Of a stretch of DNA of 64,000 bases, positions 50,901-60,750 are shown one piece after another. The DNA comes from Andalucia godoyi And28. Taxonomy: Eukaryota > Protista > Jakobida. The position numbers and the translations under genes are program-made. The notes under the pieces are model-generated. The model ran no database searches, was not told the origin of the DNA, and worked only from the letters and a program-made list of their open reading frames with translations. The stretch is taken from assembly GCA_009859145.1 (NCBI GenBank), contig VRVR01000036.1, positions 200,956 through 264,955 on the forward strand, given 5' to 3'. Every line of letters starts with the position of its first letter. The stretch's first letter is position 1.

Positions 50901-51120
50901 ATACACCCGAATGCCGTCTGAGAGTCCCCGACGACAACGCATTGTCGCAAAGTACTGGTTGCTCATCACCCTTTCTAATAATCCATCCCTCTGTGCGCTC
51001 AGAAAACACCAATTGTCCCAAGATGTCAAACACCTGTCCTCCACGCCTGCCCCATTGGGTTACTCCACGAACATCAACGATTCTCCGTTGTCCAACAGAA
51101 AAGCCGAGCTTGTAGTATGA
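44902..51120 (+). CDS. STRA6/RBP-receptor-like multi-pass membrane protein with a very large beta-rich ectodomain (about 2,070 aa)
   Basis: The C-terminal about 550 aa has TMs and RRIFAGYDF..MLG..FGV..AVRQL...MRIDL......PYSSYVGM......NAVLVVF...RQRIVAKYWLLITLSNNPSL..LRK, resembling the STRA6 C-terminus (R.RARW.LAYTLL.NP.L...RK). There is an N-terminal TM near aa 40-60. Confidence 0.7.
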   Translation: MTGARDAAKSRLKTLHDYFSRFPVFADLLEDHVRSKFINQSLYLSAFVVVLSFLFYAVLQDPSAFYGKQEASKIIIYGNPFQSIATLGRPVRTINPDETMIVRVVNTQGLGVPQKRVAINAVIRHGSLKHSYAYFPGSYAFGSLCSWTSAVDYIDRLRFERVCQALVEPGFLVTDDDGTIEIGAFSVSSAFEGLFDIYFAVDGVASDPFSVSFHSPVQRIVLRTIPYQDATEQDADDDWTQLASAISNLPASLLLGSAVPDDQLPFVCLLDSSAKPIPKTRVVLYSYAPSPAPGINLVDSVLLEEQPSQLQIVSWTPVPDEMLFLLSPGNLQRLAVFENDFGMTDETGCVKLTGLTMVSADHDRTFLGVVAGGLSSLLNPVAPISVVSQLSGADCRLVPLWSGVVLATQGVQILPALRVRLVCNASLQGVSLQGAMVSAHIHAVDQFELSFGFKPSLQSAFALPSVQLENSVAYTDEDGIASFSQLLVSDGGGFKTARLAFSCASAPTLFISADQEIHLISRVRQINFVPDGGSKFPVEVSLYSAFQVPGLFKVTDSQGSAVESLPFLVRYAAPAAPVSATDSIDVLDLDYVALAQGYRISVMVLAAELHTVYSLEVSVDEGVTWFGFPELQITVIANADVMSSNPEYVQSCSSSGRGIPVYPHMVSAGLRMNRTIHYPLDRDPHSHLLLDGWFDSCGYLTHNLSAYPTLYRFFAREFGILFSSRSQKTNELVVSAFQESWFDSGPSSDVTVFDKERSDVTFGSGVLLESFVPDRLFQALFLSNIAVPQFSSKTSGLDDLFGRSFPSSPSRWFAMKAGILEVSAVSVLSSNDGFTQNVSIRANFADGFNTSAVQKGIQCWLVTVSRPLYYDLLLSVSSDVFNNQWNGAASLLDAPAVTLHQTMDAGSSMCAFSWRCPIGSPGVYWLSPQVETVPGEPIQVNCRNRVSFNVSGDGPAEIQIGKAFSFEIAITSDAQSPVVASLFVKVFSLMHNSSYPLATESLPIRHLLPCAFQSNGLAVCTVAVLPREDVLETDVVSVQIVYAPFTESAIEQEAFRTVLANLSPSMYSMSFFGQDPADSISLIPGLTVAQPFSVCLSSDVTFLSFWFAPQVTLHAVDSSREEFSSNLRYTFVTHDNEDMRSPLLVYGSGVTRLCANFRVVITASSDQNLRMCSRYSSVNSSCLSIVLSSSVRFASLGVQSGWSYSDLYGMLPVQLSVPSFEVGDRIPIIVRALQLGSFVNASYVSKDLVLNFPNLPAPVANAKIVLYPVYCGASLFSSDLVLAAKQCASINVGDVGSIVRNGNVEFPSSSNINFTSEVTLTTYPFSVNDFSEFGTAQFTSFALTAGMQGYYSILSIVEGSLVRSLPYLIYLHNAVQSVTVGPFSGSYPSRITSAGRQTLDPPIYIFLTGEAGNSSMAGFAARIRFSVTSCHEFSKLCFVSPPTLVTPPSDDGGMIVVSDIDIPASSYGEYDVVVSVNGVQASTFSMVIQNSATVDLGSISEFKLFSLFLMVLLIPQFMANVDSSKRWLLVCGVVVSALIFVLLIVFAFKDVFYPSSLPLHAVYLDYALRWVAVLLLLGIFLGFCFRLLMSFSAKSCDATATQTSLWSSKLHVQQLLRNRSSSLGRQGNEQDWLLGKPSPVHVNAGRSHPTVLVLQLRLWMNTAKFRLSRLRKFVFPQRLWLSFLLSCFFFVLSMACMYILYLWEKFIVVSVFNYYIDRFYVLTAGSAQNTFENLFFPGSYPTSGTPTNDASGFPFLHDFILMLLGRAHDVSEFYHQVLVGLRTAFWVAASMASLFFVCCWFCIFILFECRVQNMRRGVYFFRRGVFQTAILRAPQYVGFHVSSSLVSGLLCFGTVWLLIFLLCFPAVRHWVVDYLVPLIVIYFLTNVLFLLFITFVASKFLVCGNDLRHRRIFAGYDFAMTMLGIIFGVFSAVRQLIQGLALIIFYMMRIDLCPADDSRASVMTPYSSYVGMTYAFHYLQNAVLVVFLDAISKSQNFADGYTRMPSESPRRQRIVAKYWLLITLSNNPSLCALRKHQLSQDVKHLSSTPAPLGYSTNINDSPLSNRKAELVV

Positions 51121-51732
51121 TGGATGGGCGGCAACATCCCCTCTGAGCTTTTGTCTTTCATTTTCCGTTTTCCGCTCGCCAGAACGTGGATCATTATTGA
51201 TCATCATCGGCTAAGCTGTCACCGAAGACAGATCCAAAGCCACGTGTTTTTATTAATTGGGCCGAACACCAACTCTTCAATGCAGACTGATCTGCATCAA
51301 AGGGTCGTCGCAACCACGAGTTTCTTGGTTCTCGGCATCTGCGGGCATGGCTGGTCTGAGGTTGTCGGAAAGATCCCTCTCTGGAGCCGTGAGATGTTTT
51401 GTCCTTGTCCTTTTGATGAATGGTGCTGCTGGAGGGTTCGATTATAAAACACAAACGAAACAGAAAGAATAGCAGAAAGAAAAAGTGAAGAAATGAAAGA
51501 AAAATCTAGACTTGACTACGGTGAGAAAGTCATACTGAATTTGTTTCATCCGCAAAAGCTGCCCCAACCGTTCGTTTGCGTTAATGTATTGTTGTTGATT
51601 TATTTAGTCTTTTTAAAAATCGTAATTTACCATTATTTTCTCGTGAACAAGGTAGCTTTCCTTTTGTTTTTGGGGAGAAACCAACAACAAAAACAACAAC
51701 AACAACAACATTCTGATATCGAAACGAAAGAA

Positions 51733-53493
51733 ATGTCGGATCCTATTCCGTTGACTCCGCTACAGTCTAAAGCGCGATCGATGCTGTTCGCCGACGATGA
51801 TAATTCCCCGTTCAAGGATTCGCCAGCGGGTGTTAGTCCTCCTCGTCCTGATCCGCAGTTCAACCGTAGGACGGTGTACACTGCTTCAGCACCGCTCTTT
51901 TCGGATGCCTCACGACCGATTGCCGATGCTGCTGTTTCGCACCACCCTTCGACGACGGCGAGCGCAATGAGTCGAAATCCGTTTGAGACAGAGTCGGAAG
52001 AAGATCTGACATCTGCCAGTTTGCTGAAGCGATCGCGCAGAAAAAGCGATGCTCTGGATTCCAAGTCTGCGGCAATTAAGAATGAGCCTGAACTGCAGGA
52101 CCAAAAGGCAGGTTCAGTCTTTTCTGCCGAATCTGACGATGCAGCTAGCAACCACATCAGCAACATCAGCAACAGCAGCAACAGCAGCAACAGCAGCAAC
52201 AACAACAGCAACAACAGCAACAACAGTAACAACACCGCTAACAACCATAGCAACGCAAATAACAACAATAAGCATGACGATTCGGCATCCGAGGACAGCG
52301 ATCAGATGCGGCAGGAGGATGCGGTCGCTTCTCCTGTTGTCATCAAGGTGCTGACAGAGTTGGAAATGACCGAGGAGGAGGCTGCGAGGCTGCGAAGAGC
52401 TGCTGCAGAGGGAAAGATGCGCAAAGAAGAGCGCCAATCTGCGTGGATGCTGTTTTTAGGCCTCTGGCACAAGCCCGTTGATGCCATGGATGCAAAATAC
52501 AAGCAACTTACCGATATGTATCTTGTGAATCCGGAGGCGACAGAAGAAGACCATCCGCTGGCGCAATCGGACAACTCAAAATGGGCAAAGTGGTTCGACA
52601 TTGAGGAGCGCCGAAAGGAAATCTTCAAGGATTTGCTGCGCTTGCATCCAGGCAATCCGTATTTTGAAGACAGGCAGCTGCAAAATGTCATGTGTGACAT
52701 GTTGCTATTTTGGAGCTTGGAGCACAAGAATGTCGGGTATCGACAAGGAATGCACGAGATTCTTTCGTACATCTTCATGACGACGCTGGAGCCGACGCAG
52801 AATCGCGGTCTTGTTTATGCCATGTTTGAATCGGTAATGGCTAAGCTGGCGTATTATTACAAGGAAATTCCGAGCATTGAGAATCTGGTTCGTCAGACGG
52901 ACCCTGCGCTCTACACACACCTCTTCACGCAGCTTCGGGTTGAGCCGCAGTTTTATCTGATTCGGTGGTTGCGCTTGCTGTGGGGTCGCGAGTACCCTGT
53001 TGACGACGTGTTATGCTTGTGGGACTTTGTGCTGAACGATCCATCGCTGATCGAGCACGTGTGCGTGGCAATGCTGGTGTTTGTGCGATCCGAGTTACTT
53101 GATGCAGATTCGTCCACGGCGATGAAGTTTTTGATGAAATTCCCCTCGTTGCGCACCATTGATGGGGGAATCCACAACATTATGGAGATGGCCGCGCTGT
53201 CGTCAGAAGGCCGGAGGATCGCCAGCTATCGGGCGGAGAAGGAAGACAAGAAGAAGCATGCCGTGGAAGAACGGATGGTTGCCGAACAGCACACTGCAGT
53301 GAAGCTTCAGAGTCTGGATGCAACTGTGCGTGCCCGTGCGTTGCTTGAGATCGAAGGGAGGAAGCTGGAGGGAATCATCGACCGTTTGCAAAAATCCATC
53401 GACATTCGCACAGTGTCCGAGAGCGTCTTGTTTTGTCTCGCAGAGCTCAAGCAAATGCGCGATACCTTGCTGTACAACATTTCTGATCCTTGA
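51733..53493 (+). CDS. TBC-domain Rab GAP, TBC1D5-like
   Basis: W.LFLG, DHPLAQSDNSKWAKWF, EI.KDLLRLHP, YRQGMHEILS, PQFYLIRWLRLLWGREY...VLCLWD, and C-terminal LAELKQMRDTL. Likely ATG at 51733. Confidence 0.88.
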   Translation: MSDPIPLTPLQSKARSMLFADDDNSPFKDSPAGVSPPRPDPQFNRRTVYTASAPLFSDASRPIADAAVSHHPSTTASAMSRNPFETESEEDLTSASLLKRSRRKSDALDSKSAAIKNEPELQDQKAGSVFSAESDDAASNHISNISNSSNSSNSSNNNSNNSNNSNNTANNHSNANNNNKHDDSASEDSDQMRQEDAVASPVVIKVLTELEMTEEEAARLRRAAAEGKMRKEERQSAWMLFLGLWHKPVDAMDAKYKQLTDMYLVNPEATEEDHPLAQSDNSKWAKWFDIEERRKEIFKDLLRLHPGNPYFEDRQLQNVMCDMLLFWSLEHKNVGYRQGMHEILSYIFMTTLEPTQNRGLVYAMFESVMAKLAYYYKEIPSIENLVRQTDPALYTHLFTQLRVEPQFYLIRWLRLLWGREYPVDDVLCLWDFVLNDPSLIEHVCVAMLVFVRSELLDADSSTAMKFLMKFPSLRTIDGGIHNIMEMAALSSEGRRIASYRAEKEDKKKHAVEERMVAEQHTAVKLQSLDATVRARALLEIEGRKLEGIIDRLQKSIDIRTVSESVLFCLAELKQMRDTLLYNISDP

Positions 53494-53918
53494 AGGGTGC
53501 ACACCGGCCGCTTCTTTTGCTGCAGAAATTGTTCATTATCAATCCTTCTAGGCTGGTTTTTTGGTGCGGTTGATCTAAACAATTTCGGAAAACATGAAGA
53601 AAAATATGAGGAAAAGAATGCCAACTTTCGTTCCACCTTTGAAAACCGCACTATTATTTTCTTTTTTCTTTTCCGTTCTGTGTGTTTATCGTAATTTCCT
53701 TTATTCCTCTCCCACCTTGGGCAAGGCAAGACAAAGAGAAAAGAAGAAAATAAGAGTTTTAATTAATTAAAAAAATTAAAAAATTAAAATAAAAAAAAAG
53801 CAGAGAAGCAATACTTTGATTAACACATAAAGAAAAACCGACAGGCTCCAACAACAGCAGGAGAATTACCACCACGCCCTTAAGAGCCACCGGCTTGTAC
53901 TTGCTGGTGTTAGACAGC

Positions 53919-54746
53919 TCATGATGTTTCCATCGGGACTACCTCGACGGTCTCGTCAGCAACGTACACGATGGTCTTGGTCGACTCGGACAAGATCTTG
54001 GTAGTTCCTCGTGGATAATCGTACCCCCTTTGCGACCTGTAAATTCGCTCGTTTGGTCTGTCATAGTTTCTTAGATATTCTGCCTTTCCATCGAGAGTGA
54101 TGATGCACAAGTCGACATTTGACCCCGATCCGAGATCGTTGAAGATACCTGCTGAAATTGCTCGATGCACGATCGCCATAGCTTCTTCTCTCGTGAGGTT
54201 ATCCTTGTAGCCCGATTCCAGCACGGCCATTGCAGCCAGCGAGCCGGAGCCCATCGAAACAAACGGCAGTTTATCCACGGATCCATGCGGATGGACCGAG
54301 TACAAATGCGCGCCCTCGACATCACATCCGCCAATCACAAGCGCACAGCCAATGTGTCCCTGATACTGGAACAGTCTTCTCTTGAACATAGTCACCGCCG
54401 TCGAAACACGTGGCTTTGCCCCGTTATTTGCGTACGAATGAAGCTTGAGCTGCGAGCTCATCAGCGAAGTCATCGAGTCGCAATCCGCAGACGTTCCCGC
54501 CCCGCAGCAGCGCATATTCTCAGCCAAATAATGAATCTTTTCACAGTTCTTGTCTGCAACCACGGATCCTTCCGTCGCACGAGTGTCTGCACCAAGAACT
54601 ACACCGCCATTAAACACAACACCGCAAATCGTCGTTCCTGTCTTGCGCAGATTCGGCAAAGGAAACCCCGCAGACGCAAGATGGGCATTGCGAATCGTAT
54701 TCTCAAATGAAAATCCCGGAGTATCAGAAACCCGAACGTCAGCCAT
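53919..54746 (-). CDS. PSMB7: 20S proteasome subunit beta-2 (PSMB7/PUP1)
   Basis: GFSFEN..RN propeptide, KTG|TTICG...LGADTRATEG.VVADKNCEKIHY, MGSGSLAAMAVLE, GIFNDLGSGSNVDLC. Confidence 0.96.
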   Translation of the reverse strand: MADVRVSDTPGFSFENTIRNAHLASAGFPLPNLRKTGTTICGVVFNGGVVLGADTRATEGSVVADKNCEKIHYLAENMRCCGAGTSADCDSMTSLMSSQLKLHSYANNGAKPRVSTAVTMFKRRLFQYQGHIGCALVIGGCDVEGAHLYSVHPHGSVDKLPFVSMGSGSLAAMAVLESGYKDNLTREEAMAIVHRAISAGIFNDLGSGSNVDLCIITLDGKAEYLRNYDRPNERIYRSQRGYDYPRGTTKILSESTKTIVYVADETVEVVPMETS

Positions 54747-55316
54747 CCTGCAGTACCTCGTCTCCCTTAGCCCTCAATTTAACCAGAAATCGAAAAAAGT
54801 AAAAGTAAAGATAAAAGCAAAGGCAAACGTAAACGTAAACGTAAACTCAAAAATCGAAATCGAGAAAGATGAATTAGGGGAATTGGAAAAGAGAAAGGAT
54901 ACCCTAAAGTCATGTGTGAGAGAACGAAACAATGGAGACACAAGGTCTCTCGGTTCAAGTCAAGCTTTTCGGGGTTTTGTCGACACGTTTCGACCCATCG
55001 CGACCATGTCAGCACTGGAGGTCGAGTTTCCTCGTCTTTCTTTCCTTTCCATTTGCGGGTTTTCTAGTTTTACACATATTTTGAATATATGAATATATGA
55101 ATATATATATATGTGAATATATATATTTTAAAAATTATTTAAAAACAATAATCATAATTCTCAAAGTTATTTATCTAAACTCTTTAATAGAGGAAAAAAG
55201 CGCGGTCATTTGTGTAGTTTTTTTTTAAATTTCTTTTTAATACGACGGAGCATCTCAGAGGATCGGAGAGTGTCCACGATTAAGAGAGAGAGAGAGAGAG
55301 GGTTGAAGAGCAGAGA

Positions 55317-55955
55317 ATGAGCAGCAACGGTCTTAGTAGCGTGGAAGAGATTGTGGAGCAAGTTGTGGCGTCGTCGTCGGCTGCTGCAGAGGATGTGTTT
55401 CATGATGCTGTTGAGCAGTGCGATCCTGAAGGGTCACGGGCGTTGAAGGAACAAGGCAACGAAGCGCACCGGTGTGGTGATTATGAGAGTGCGGTTCGGC
55501 TGTACACGGATGCGCTGAAGCTGGATGTGAATGCGGTACTGTACAGCAACCGATCTGCGTCGTATCTGAAGCTAGAGAAGTGGCAGGAGGCGGTTTCTGA
55601 TGCAGGGTCAGCCATTGCGCTTGATGCCCACAATGTGAAGGCGTACTTCCGGAGAGCAGAGGCGCTTGGTCAGCTCGAGGACTACCAAAAGGCGCTTGCA
55701 GACCTCGACAAGTGCGAGGAGCTCGGCATGATTAGTAGGGACATCGATTCCAGGAGAGCACAGTGGAGGAAAAAACAAGAGGAGAAGCAAAAGGAAATGA
55801 TGGATCAGCTTAAGCAGCTTGGAAATTCACTGCTCGGAAAGTTCGGTCTCTCTACCAATAATTTCCAGTTTGAGAAGAATCCGGGAAGCGAGGGCTATTC
55901 CGTCAAGTTTGTGAACCAGGGCACTGCTGCAGCCGGCTCAGCACCCTCGCGATGA
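55317..55955 (+). CDS. TTC1: Tetratricopeptide repeat protein 1-like
   Basis: Three TPR units (LKEQGNEAHRCGDYESAVRLYTDAL; LYSNRSASYLKLEKWQEAV.DA..AI.LD..NVKAYFRRAEA) and the TTC1-type tail EMMDQLKQLGNSLLGKFGLSTNNF. Confidence 0.85.
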   Translation: MSSNGLSSVEEIVEQVVASSSAAAEDVFHDAVEQCDPEGSRALKEQGNEAHRCGDYESAVRLYTDALKLDVNAVLYSNRSASYLKLEKWQEAVSDAGSAIALDAHNVKAYFRRAEALGQLEDYQKALADLDKCEELGMISRDIDSRRAQWRKKQEEKQKEMMDQLKQLGNSLLGKFGLSTNNFQFEKNPGSEGYSVKFVNQGTAAAGSAPSR

Positions 55956-57056
55956 CCCTTGTGCAGTGGAGTGCGGCACAGGCCGTCAGTGCGGAAAAGG
56001 GAGGGTGCGGGTCGTGGGAAGGAAAGCTGCAGCCATCCACAGGAAATGCATGCAGAACAGTGGACTCGGAATCCCCCCTCCTTCCCCATCCGTGATGACC
56101 TGGCGAATAAATAAATAAAAAGTGAAAGCCAATGTGCAATGGTCCCTTACGATACCAGTAAAATATGCGGCGAGTGGTAGTATAATCCTCCAGCCCAAAA
56201 CATCTGGTGGACGGCTGTGAATACCATCGGATAGTATAGCCGAGGTGACTGCCGTCGACGTTGCTGTTGAATGAAGGCCGACCTTTTCCCCCTGCAGATT
56301 GCTGCCGCCGGTTGTTGTCGTTGTTGTTGTCCACTCTCGAATATTGACAACCGATTCCTTGTAATCGATGATGGGCACTGATGCGGATTGTAAAAGTCAC
56401 TTTACGCCAAATAAATCTGTCTGAGGCGCAGCATGCGAGCCAAATGTTTGGAAGAGAGGTTTGGGTTGGAGGGTAGTACTTAAAATGTCCTTACGTGCGT
56501 ACTTAACGTTACGTTCAAGACTGAATCAGCAAAAAGATCCAATGCTTGGCAGCTGTCGAAGTCTATGTTTGCTTGGACATGCTGGTTCGTCCGATGCAAG
56601 CACGATGCTTTTTCATTCAGTCTCCATCTGTCAATGTGCCCTTATCGTGATCTCTCCTGTTTTTTTTGGGACGGTCTGTCCCGATGCTGCCCGGGCAATT
56701 GTACTACTGGTCCGCCCGTGCAAGTACAGAATCCTGATTCTGGCAGCACCAACCACTCCTTTCTGCTACGTTCCTTTTGGCAGGAAGAAAGCAGTCAAAA
56801 AAATAAAGTGGCGTCAAATAAAAAAATACAGAAAGAAACAGAAACCAGCGAAATCGCACCCCTCAACGAGAAGTCCATTCGAAGCTCCTTTCTTGTGTTT
56901 TCAAGCATGTCTGTGCATCCATGCATGCATGCATCCGTCCATCCATCCATCCAACAACACCACCAGCACCAACAAATAACGAACATCAGAATATTTACGA
57001 CGAAACTTACCGGATAACGAAACAAGGAACGGACGGGCTTGAGGGAGAAAAAAAAA

Positions 57057-58355
57057 ATGGACTATGGGCGTGCAGATGCGTCCGCGGAGGGTCGAGGGAC
57101 GTCGGTCTACCAGGCTGTTTTTGAGATCTGCAGAGTTCCAATGGTGCTGATTTCGGTCGACGAAACGATTCTCAATGTGAATTCTGCGTTTCTGGAGTGT
57201 TTTGGAGTCGAGCGATCCGCAGTGACCGGAGAGCCCTTCTCGGTGCTTGTCGATGACGTTGAGCACATGTGTGTGACCACCGATGCAGGGTATCTGGGAT
57301 TGATCAATCAGATTGACAGCATCGACCACTTTCTGCATGTTCGCCACCATATTTCTGGCGAACTGGTGCTGTGTCGAATGGGAATGACGCTCATTCGAGA
57401 TGTTACCACGGGGTTCTCACTGTACTGTCTGTTTGAGTTTCAACCGGTGCAAATGCTCCAAAAGTACTTGTCGCCGCGGTTCTTTTCAGAGCACCACCGG
57501 TTCCACGCGTCATCTTTTCGACCCATTCCAGATCCACGGACGCTTGTCGCGAAGTACCAAACCATCCCTTCTCGGTTTTCCCTCGATGATCTACACAAGC
57601 GCCCGTGTCCAGTGGACCTGTACAACACACTGCAACTGCTTGTGGGGTCCAATCCACGACCAATCATGTACTTATCTGCCGACCCTTCGTGCAAGATTAT
57701 GTGGGCGAACAAAGCCGCTTGCGCGTTCCTCGCCATTGATCCATTGAGCCACGTGGGCCTGTCCTTTGCATCCGTGCCAGTGCTGCACAACACGGAAATT
57801 GTGCAGCAGATTCTCCAGCACTCTCGCGACCGCGTGCCCGAGTTCGTCATTCTTTCGCGACCATTGTCGAGATATTCTGGAGTGAATGTTCAGGGCGGAG
57901 GCGCAGCCAGCGACAAGCGAACGTTTCGATTGTGGGTTTCGTGTTTGCGATTCCACATTGCTGAAGATACTTCCCGAGAACTGTTCTATACGTACTTGAA
58001 AGTCGTCCCCGTTCATTATTGGAAAACCCAGCTTTCCAGCCGTTTTCATGCCTTGCGACATCACTCGACGCATACTGCTTCGTCGAATGAGACTCAGCCG
58101 TCCAGCAGTCTCGGCAGTAGTTCACATGGTGCTGGAGCATCATCCCATAGCGTTACCGACCACGGTTCCAACTCTCCGTCATTTGACTATTACGCTGGAA
58201 CGCCGCTGTCCGATGCGTACTCGGACGACGATGATCGGCCTGCAGTGGACGTCGGTCCTCTCGAGGTGTCAGATATTCTGTGGAGAGAGTATCAAATCTG
58301 GGAAGGTCTTGCGAACTCCCAAACATCGCCTTCCAGTGCGGAGCGCCGTTACTGA
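57057..58355 (+). CDS. Tandem PAS-domain protein with no recognisable output domain
   Basis: YQAVFEICRVPMVLISVDETILNVNSAFLECFGVERSAVTGEPFSVL and SNPRPIMYLSADPSCKIMWANKAACAFLAID...VGLSF are both PAS-like N-terminal halves. Confidence 0.7.
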   Translation: MDYGRADASAEGRGTSVYQAVFEICRVPMVLISVDETILNVNSAFLECFGVERSAVTGEPFSVLVDDVEHMCVTTDAGYLGLINQIDSIDHFLHVRHHISGELVLCRMGMTLIRDVTTGFSLYCLFEFQPVQMLQKYLSPRFFSEHHRFHASSFRPIPDPRTLVAKYQTIPSRFSLDDLHKRPCPVDLYNTLQLLVGSNPRPIMYLSADPSCKIMWANKAACAFLAIDPLSHVGLSFASVPVLHNTEIVQQILQHSRDRVPEFVILSRPLSRYSGVNVQGGGAASDKRTFRLWVSCLRFHIAEDTSRELFYTYLKVVPVHYWKTQLSSRFHALRHHSTHTASSNETQPSSSLGSSSHGAGASSHSVTDHGSNSPSFDYYAGTPLSDAYSDDDDRPAVDVGPLEVSDILWREYQIWEGLANSQTSPSSAERRY

Positions 58356-58473
58356 TACAGTCCAATGGTGCGGGTCACCTATCGGTGCGTGTTCAATTTT
58401 CCTGTTGTATGTACATTGCTGCCGACTGCAGAACGGGGGGATGCTGGGTCTTTGAGTTATTACATATTCGCAT

Positions 58474-58474
<1 letters not shown>

Positions 58475-58516
<42 letters not shown>
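58475..58516. repeat. (CT)n microsatellite
   Basis: Directly visible. Confidence 0.95.
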
Positions 58517-58520
<4 letters not shown>

Positions 58521-58829
58521 CTGACAAACAAACAGCCAAACACACTCCTCGCACTAAAATTTACAATAATCTTTTCGATTAACGGATGCCCCCCCTCGCT
58601 GACAACTCTTGCAACCAAAAAAAAAACACAAAAAACACCAATACACACATGTACACGCACATGCACTCACACACACACACATCGACGTGCAGACAGATCG
58701 ATGTGAAACATACCACGATTCCATTCTTTTGAAACAACATCACACATATACATACAAATATTACAATTTTGAAGGCAGAATGAACCGACGACCTCTCCTG
58801 CGAGAAACCAAAGCAGACGGATACCGAAT

Positions 58830-59987
58830 TTAGCTTACCGACTGATACTCTTCGGGACTCGGTTCGCAGCATGAAAACTTGAAAACACGATTGTAAATGA
58901 AAGTCCCAGCCACCATCAGCGCAAATCCAATTAGCTGCAAATACGAATAGTCCGTCCACGGTTCGCCATAGTAGGCATCGATCTCATAGTACATCAGCAG
59001 TTCGAATCCCCATACCAGAATCGTTCTGCAGGCATCAATCAAGCACCGATGGAGCGCAGAGAGCCTGTGTGTCACGGTCAGTCCCGAGTAATTGTACACT
59101 GCAATCGAGCAAATGTACCCGGAGATCAGAGCTGCAATAGTCGCGGAATTGCCAATCATAACCATCGAGTCGACAGAGTTTTCATACCGATTCCCTGCAT
59201 CATGACCTGGAACAAAGTACAGCACAGGAAGAACAATACATATCATAAATAGTGTCCCAAACATTCCCTCGCCTCCGACAACCTTGAGAGGCGGCACTTT
59301 TCTCTTTTTGACAAACTTCTCTTCAATCACAAACTGGATCGCCGAGACAAGCTGTCCTATAACGATGAATGAATTTCCCAAGACTGCAGTTCCCAACGAC
59401 TGGTTGCGGTGCTCGTGCTTATTGAGAACCGATGCCACTCCAACGAAAATCAAGCCACAGACGACAACAAGAATCCCAAAGACCTGCGACGCACGCAGCC
59501 TCCTTTTCAGAAACACAACGCTCAGAATGGCAGTAAATACAAGAATGGAGCCGCGGAGCATTTGGTACACAGACGCAGTCGTCAGCACTAGCGCAATACC
59601 CGAGAGCGTGGTTCCCGTCAAATCACACAAACACGGCGGCACGAAGATGAACCAGTCGCGCTTCCGGGTGAATCCATACTGCAAATCCGGTCTCAGAGCA
59701 TCGTCTGCAGATGAATTAATCAGCCTTGCTACTTCAAACGGTGTTTCGTTTTCTCGTCTGCGCTTGCGATACTGCAGGAAAAAGAAGAGAAACAGACAGA
59801 AAAACTCGCCAATAAACATGCAAAGGGTAGAGAACCACGGTTTTTCAAACCGGTGCGATCCATCGACCCCATCCGCGCTCGTCTGATACGAAACCTTCTT
59901 TGACACCGTGTTGACTACTCCCGACACAAGCATCATAGCAACAAGGAATGCATGCCCAATCTTCGAATCCCATATCGAAGTCTGCAT
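58830..59987 (-). CDS. SLC35F6-like nucleotide-sugar transporter family (DMT superfamily) protein
   Basis: LVSG..NTVSKK, FEKPWFSTLCMFIGEFFCL, PCLCDLTGTTL, SVYQMLRGS.LVFTAILSVVFLKRRL, QFVIEEKF, GGEGMFG, RCLIDACRT.LVW. Confidence 0.9.
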   Translation of the reverse strand: MQTSIWDSKIGHAFLVAMMLVSGVVNTVSKKVSYQTSADGVDGSHRFEKPWFSTLCMFIGEFFCLFLFFFLQYRKRRRENETPFEVARLINSSADDALRPDLQYGFTRKRDWFIFVPPCLCDLTGTTLSGIALVLTTASVYQMLRGSILVFTAILSVVFLKRRLRASQVFGILVVVCGLIFVGVASVLNKHEHRNQSLGTAVLGNSFIVIGQLVSAIQFVIEEKFVKKRKVPPLKVVGGEGMFGTLFMICIVLPVLYFVPGHDAGNRYENSVDSMVMIGNSATIAALISGYICSIAVYNYSGLTVTHRLSALHRCLIDACRTILVWGFELLMYYEIDAYYGEPWTDYSYLQLIGFALMVAGTFIYNRVFKFSCCEPSPEEYQSVS

Positions 59988-60292
59988 GATTTCCCCTCCT
60001 TTTTGCTAAGCTCCTGCGTTCTCCCCGCAATTCGATCACCACCAACTCCCAACTACCACCAATCGCCACCGCCGCCGCCGCTCCTTTTCCTTTTTTCTTT
60101 TCTTGGTGCTGCTGATGTTGCGACTCGATCGATATCCAATTGCTTCCTCTGTCCACACTTCACAGCCCTAACCACCCAACGGCCCCTCCTTTTTTACAGA
60201 AGATGCAAACCAAAAATAGATGCTCCCTTCGATAAAAACGTATTAGTACAAGTATTTCTCTAATGACTGTTGGCGTGGGAACTTCAATTCAC

Positions 60293-60323
<31 letters not shown>

Positions 60324-60750
60324 CGCGTGAATGGCGTCTACAAACTAAAATAATAAAATATTTAAAACAAACCAGAACACCAACAACCCAACACACAACA
60401 AAGAAACAAGGAGAAAAGAGGAAAAGAGCAGCGAGCCTGTGCAGTCCTGCTTTTGCTTGGCGCTAGCATCAATCATGTAATTCAGGACAACACACTGCGC
60501 GAAACGATTCCTTTATTGAAGGTCCTCCAACACGACTTTGTGATAAAAATCGCGAGCATTCGTATTGACGGATCAAAATCCAGAAACAATAGACAAACAT
60601 TCAATCATCCACACACAAATCATACCAACACAGAGAGAGATAGCCATCATCACATTCAAAAGAACAGCAACAACCACAACCAAAAAAAAAAAAAAAGTAA
60701 AAAAATATAATAATAATAATGAAGAAAAGAAGAGACCAACACAGAACACT

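Noticed and set aside
55986-56434. Possible small minus-strand gene with a 51-nt GTAAGG...CCAG intron (56150-56100)
   Set aside because: There is no in-frame ATG for the hydrophobic frame and no recognisable product; it needs RNA data.
56487-56580. MSLRAYLTLRSRLNQQKDPMLGSCRSL loosely resembles a TnpB N-terminus
   Set aside because: The spacing is off, the conserved Pro is missing, and no RuvC or DRDxN motif follows in any frame.
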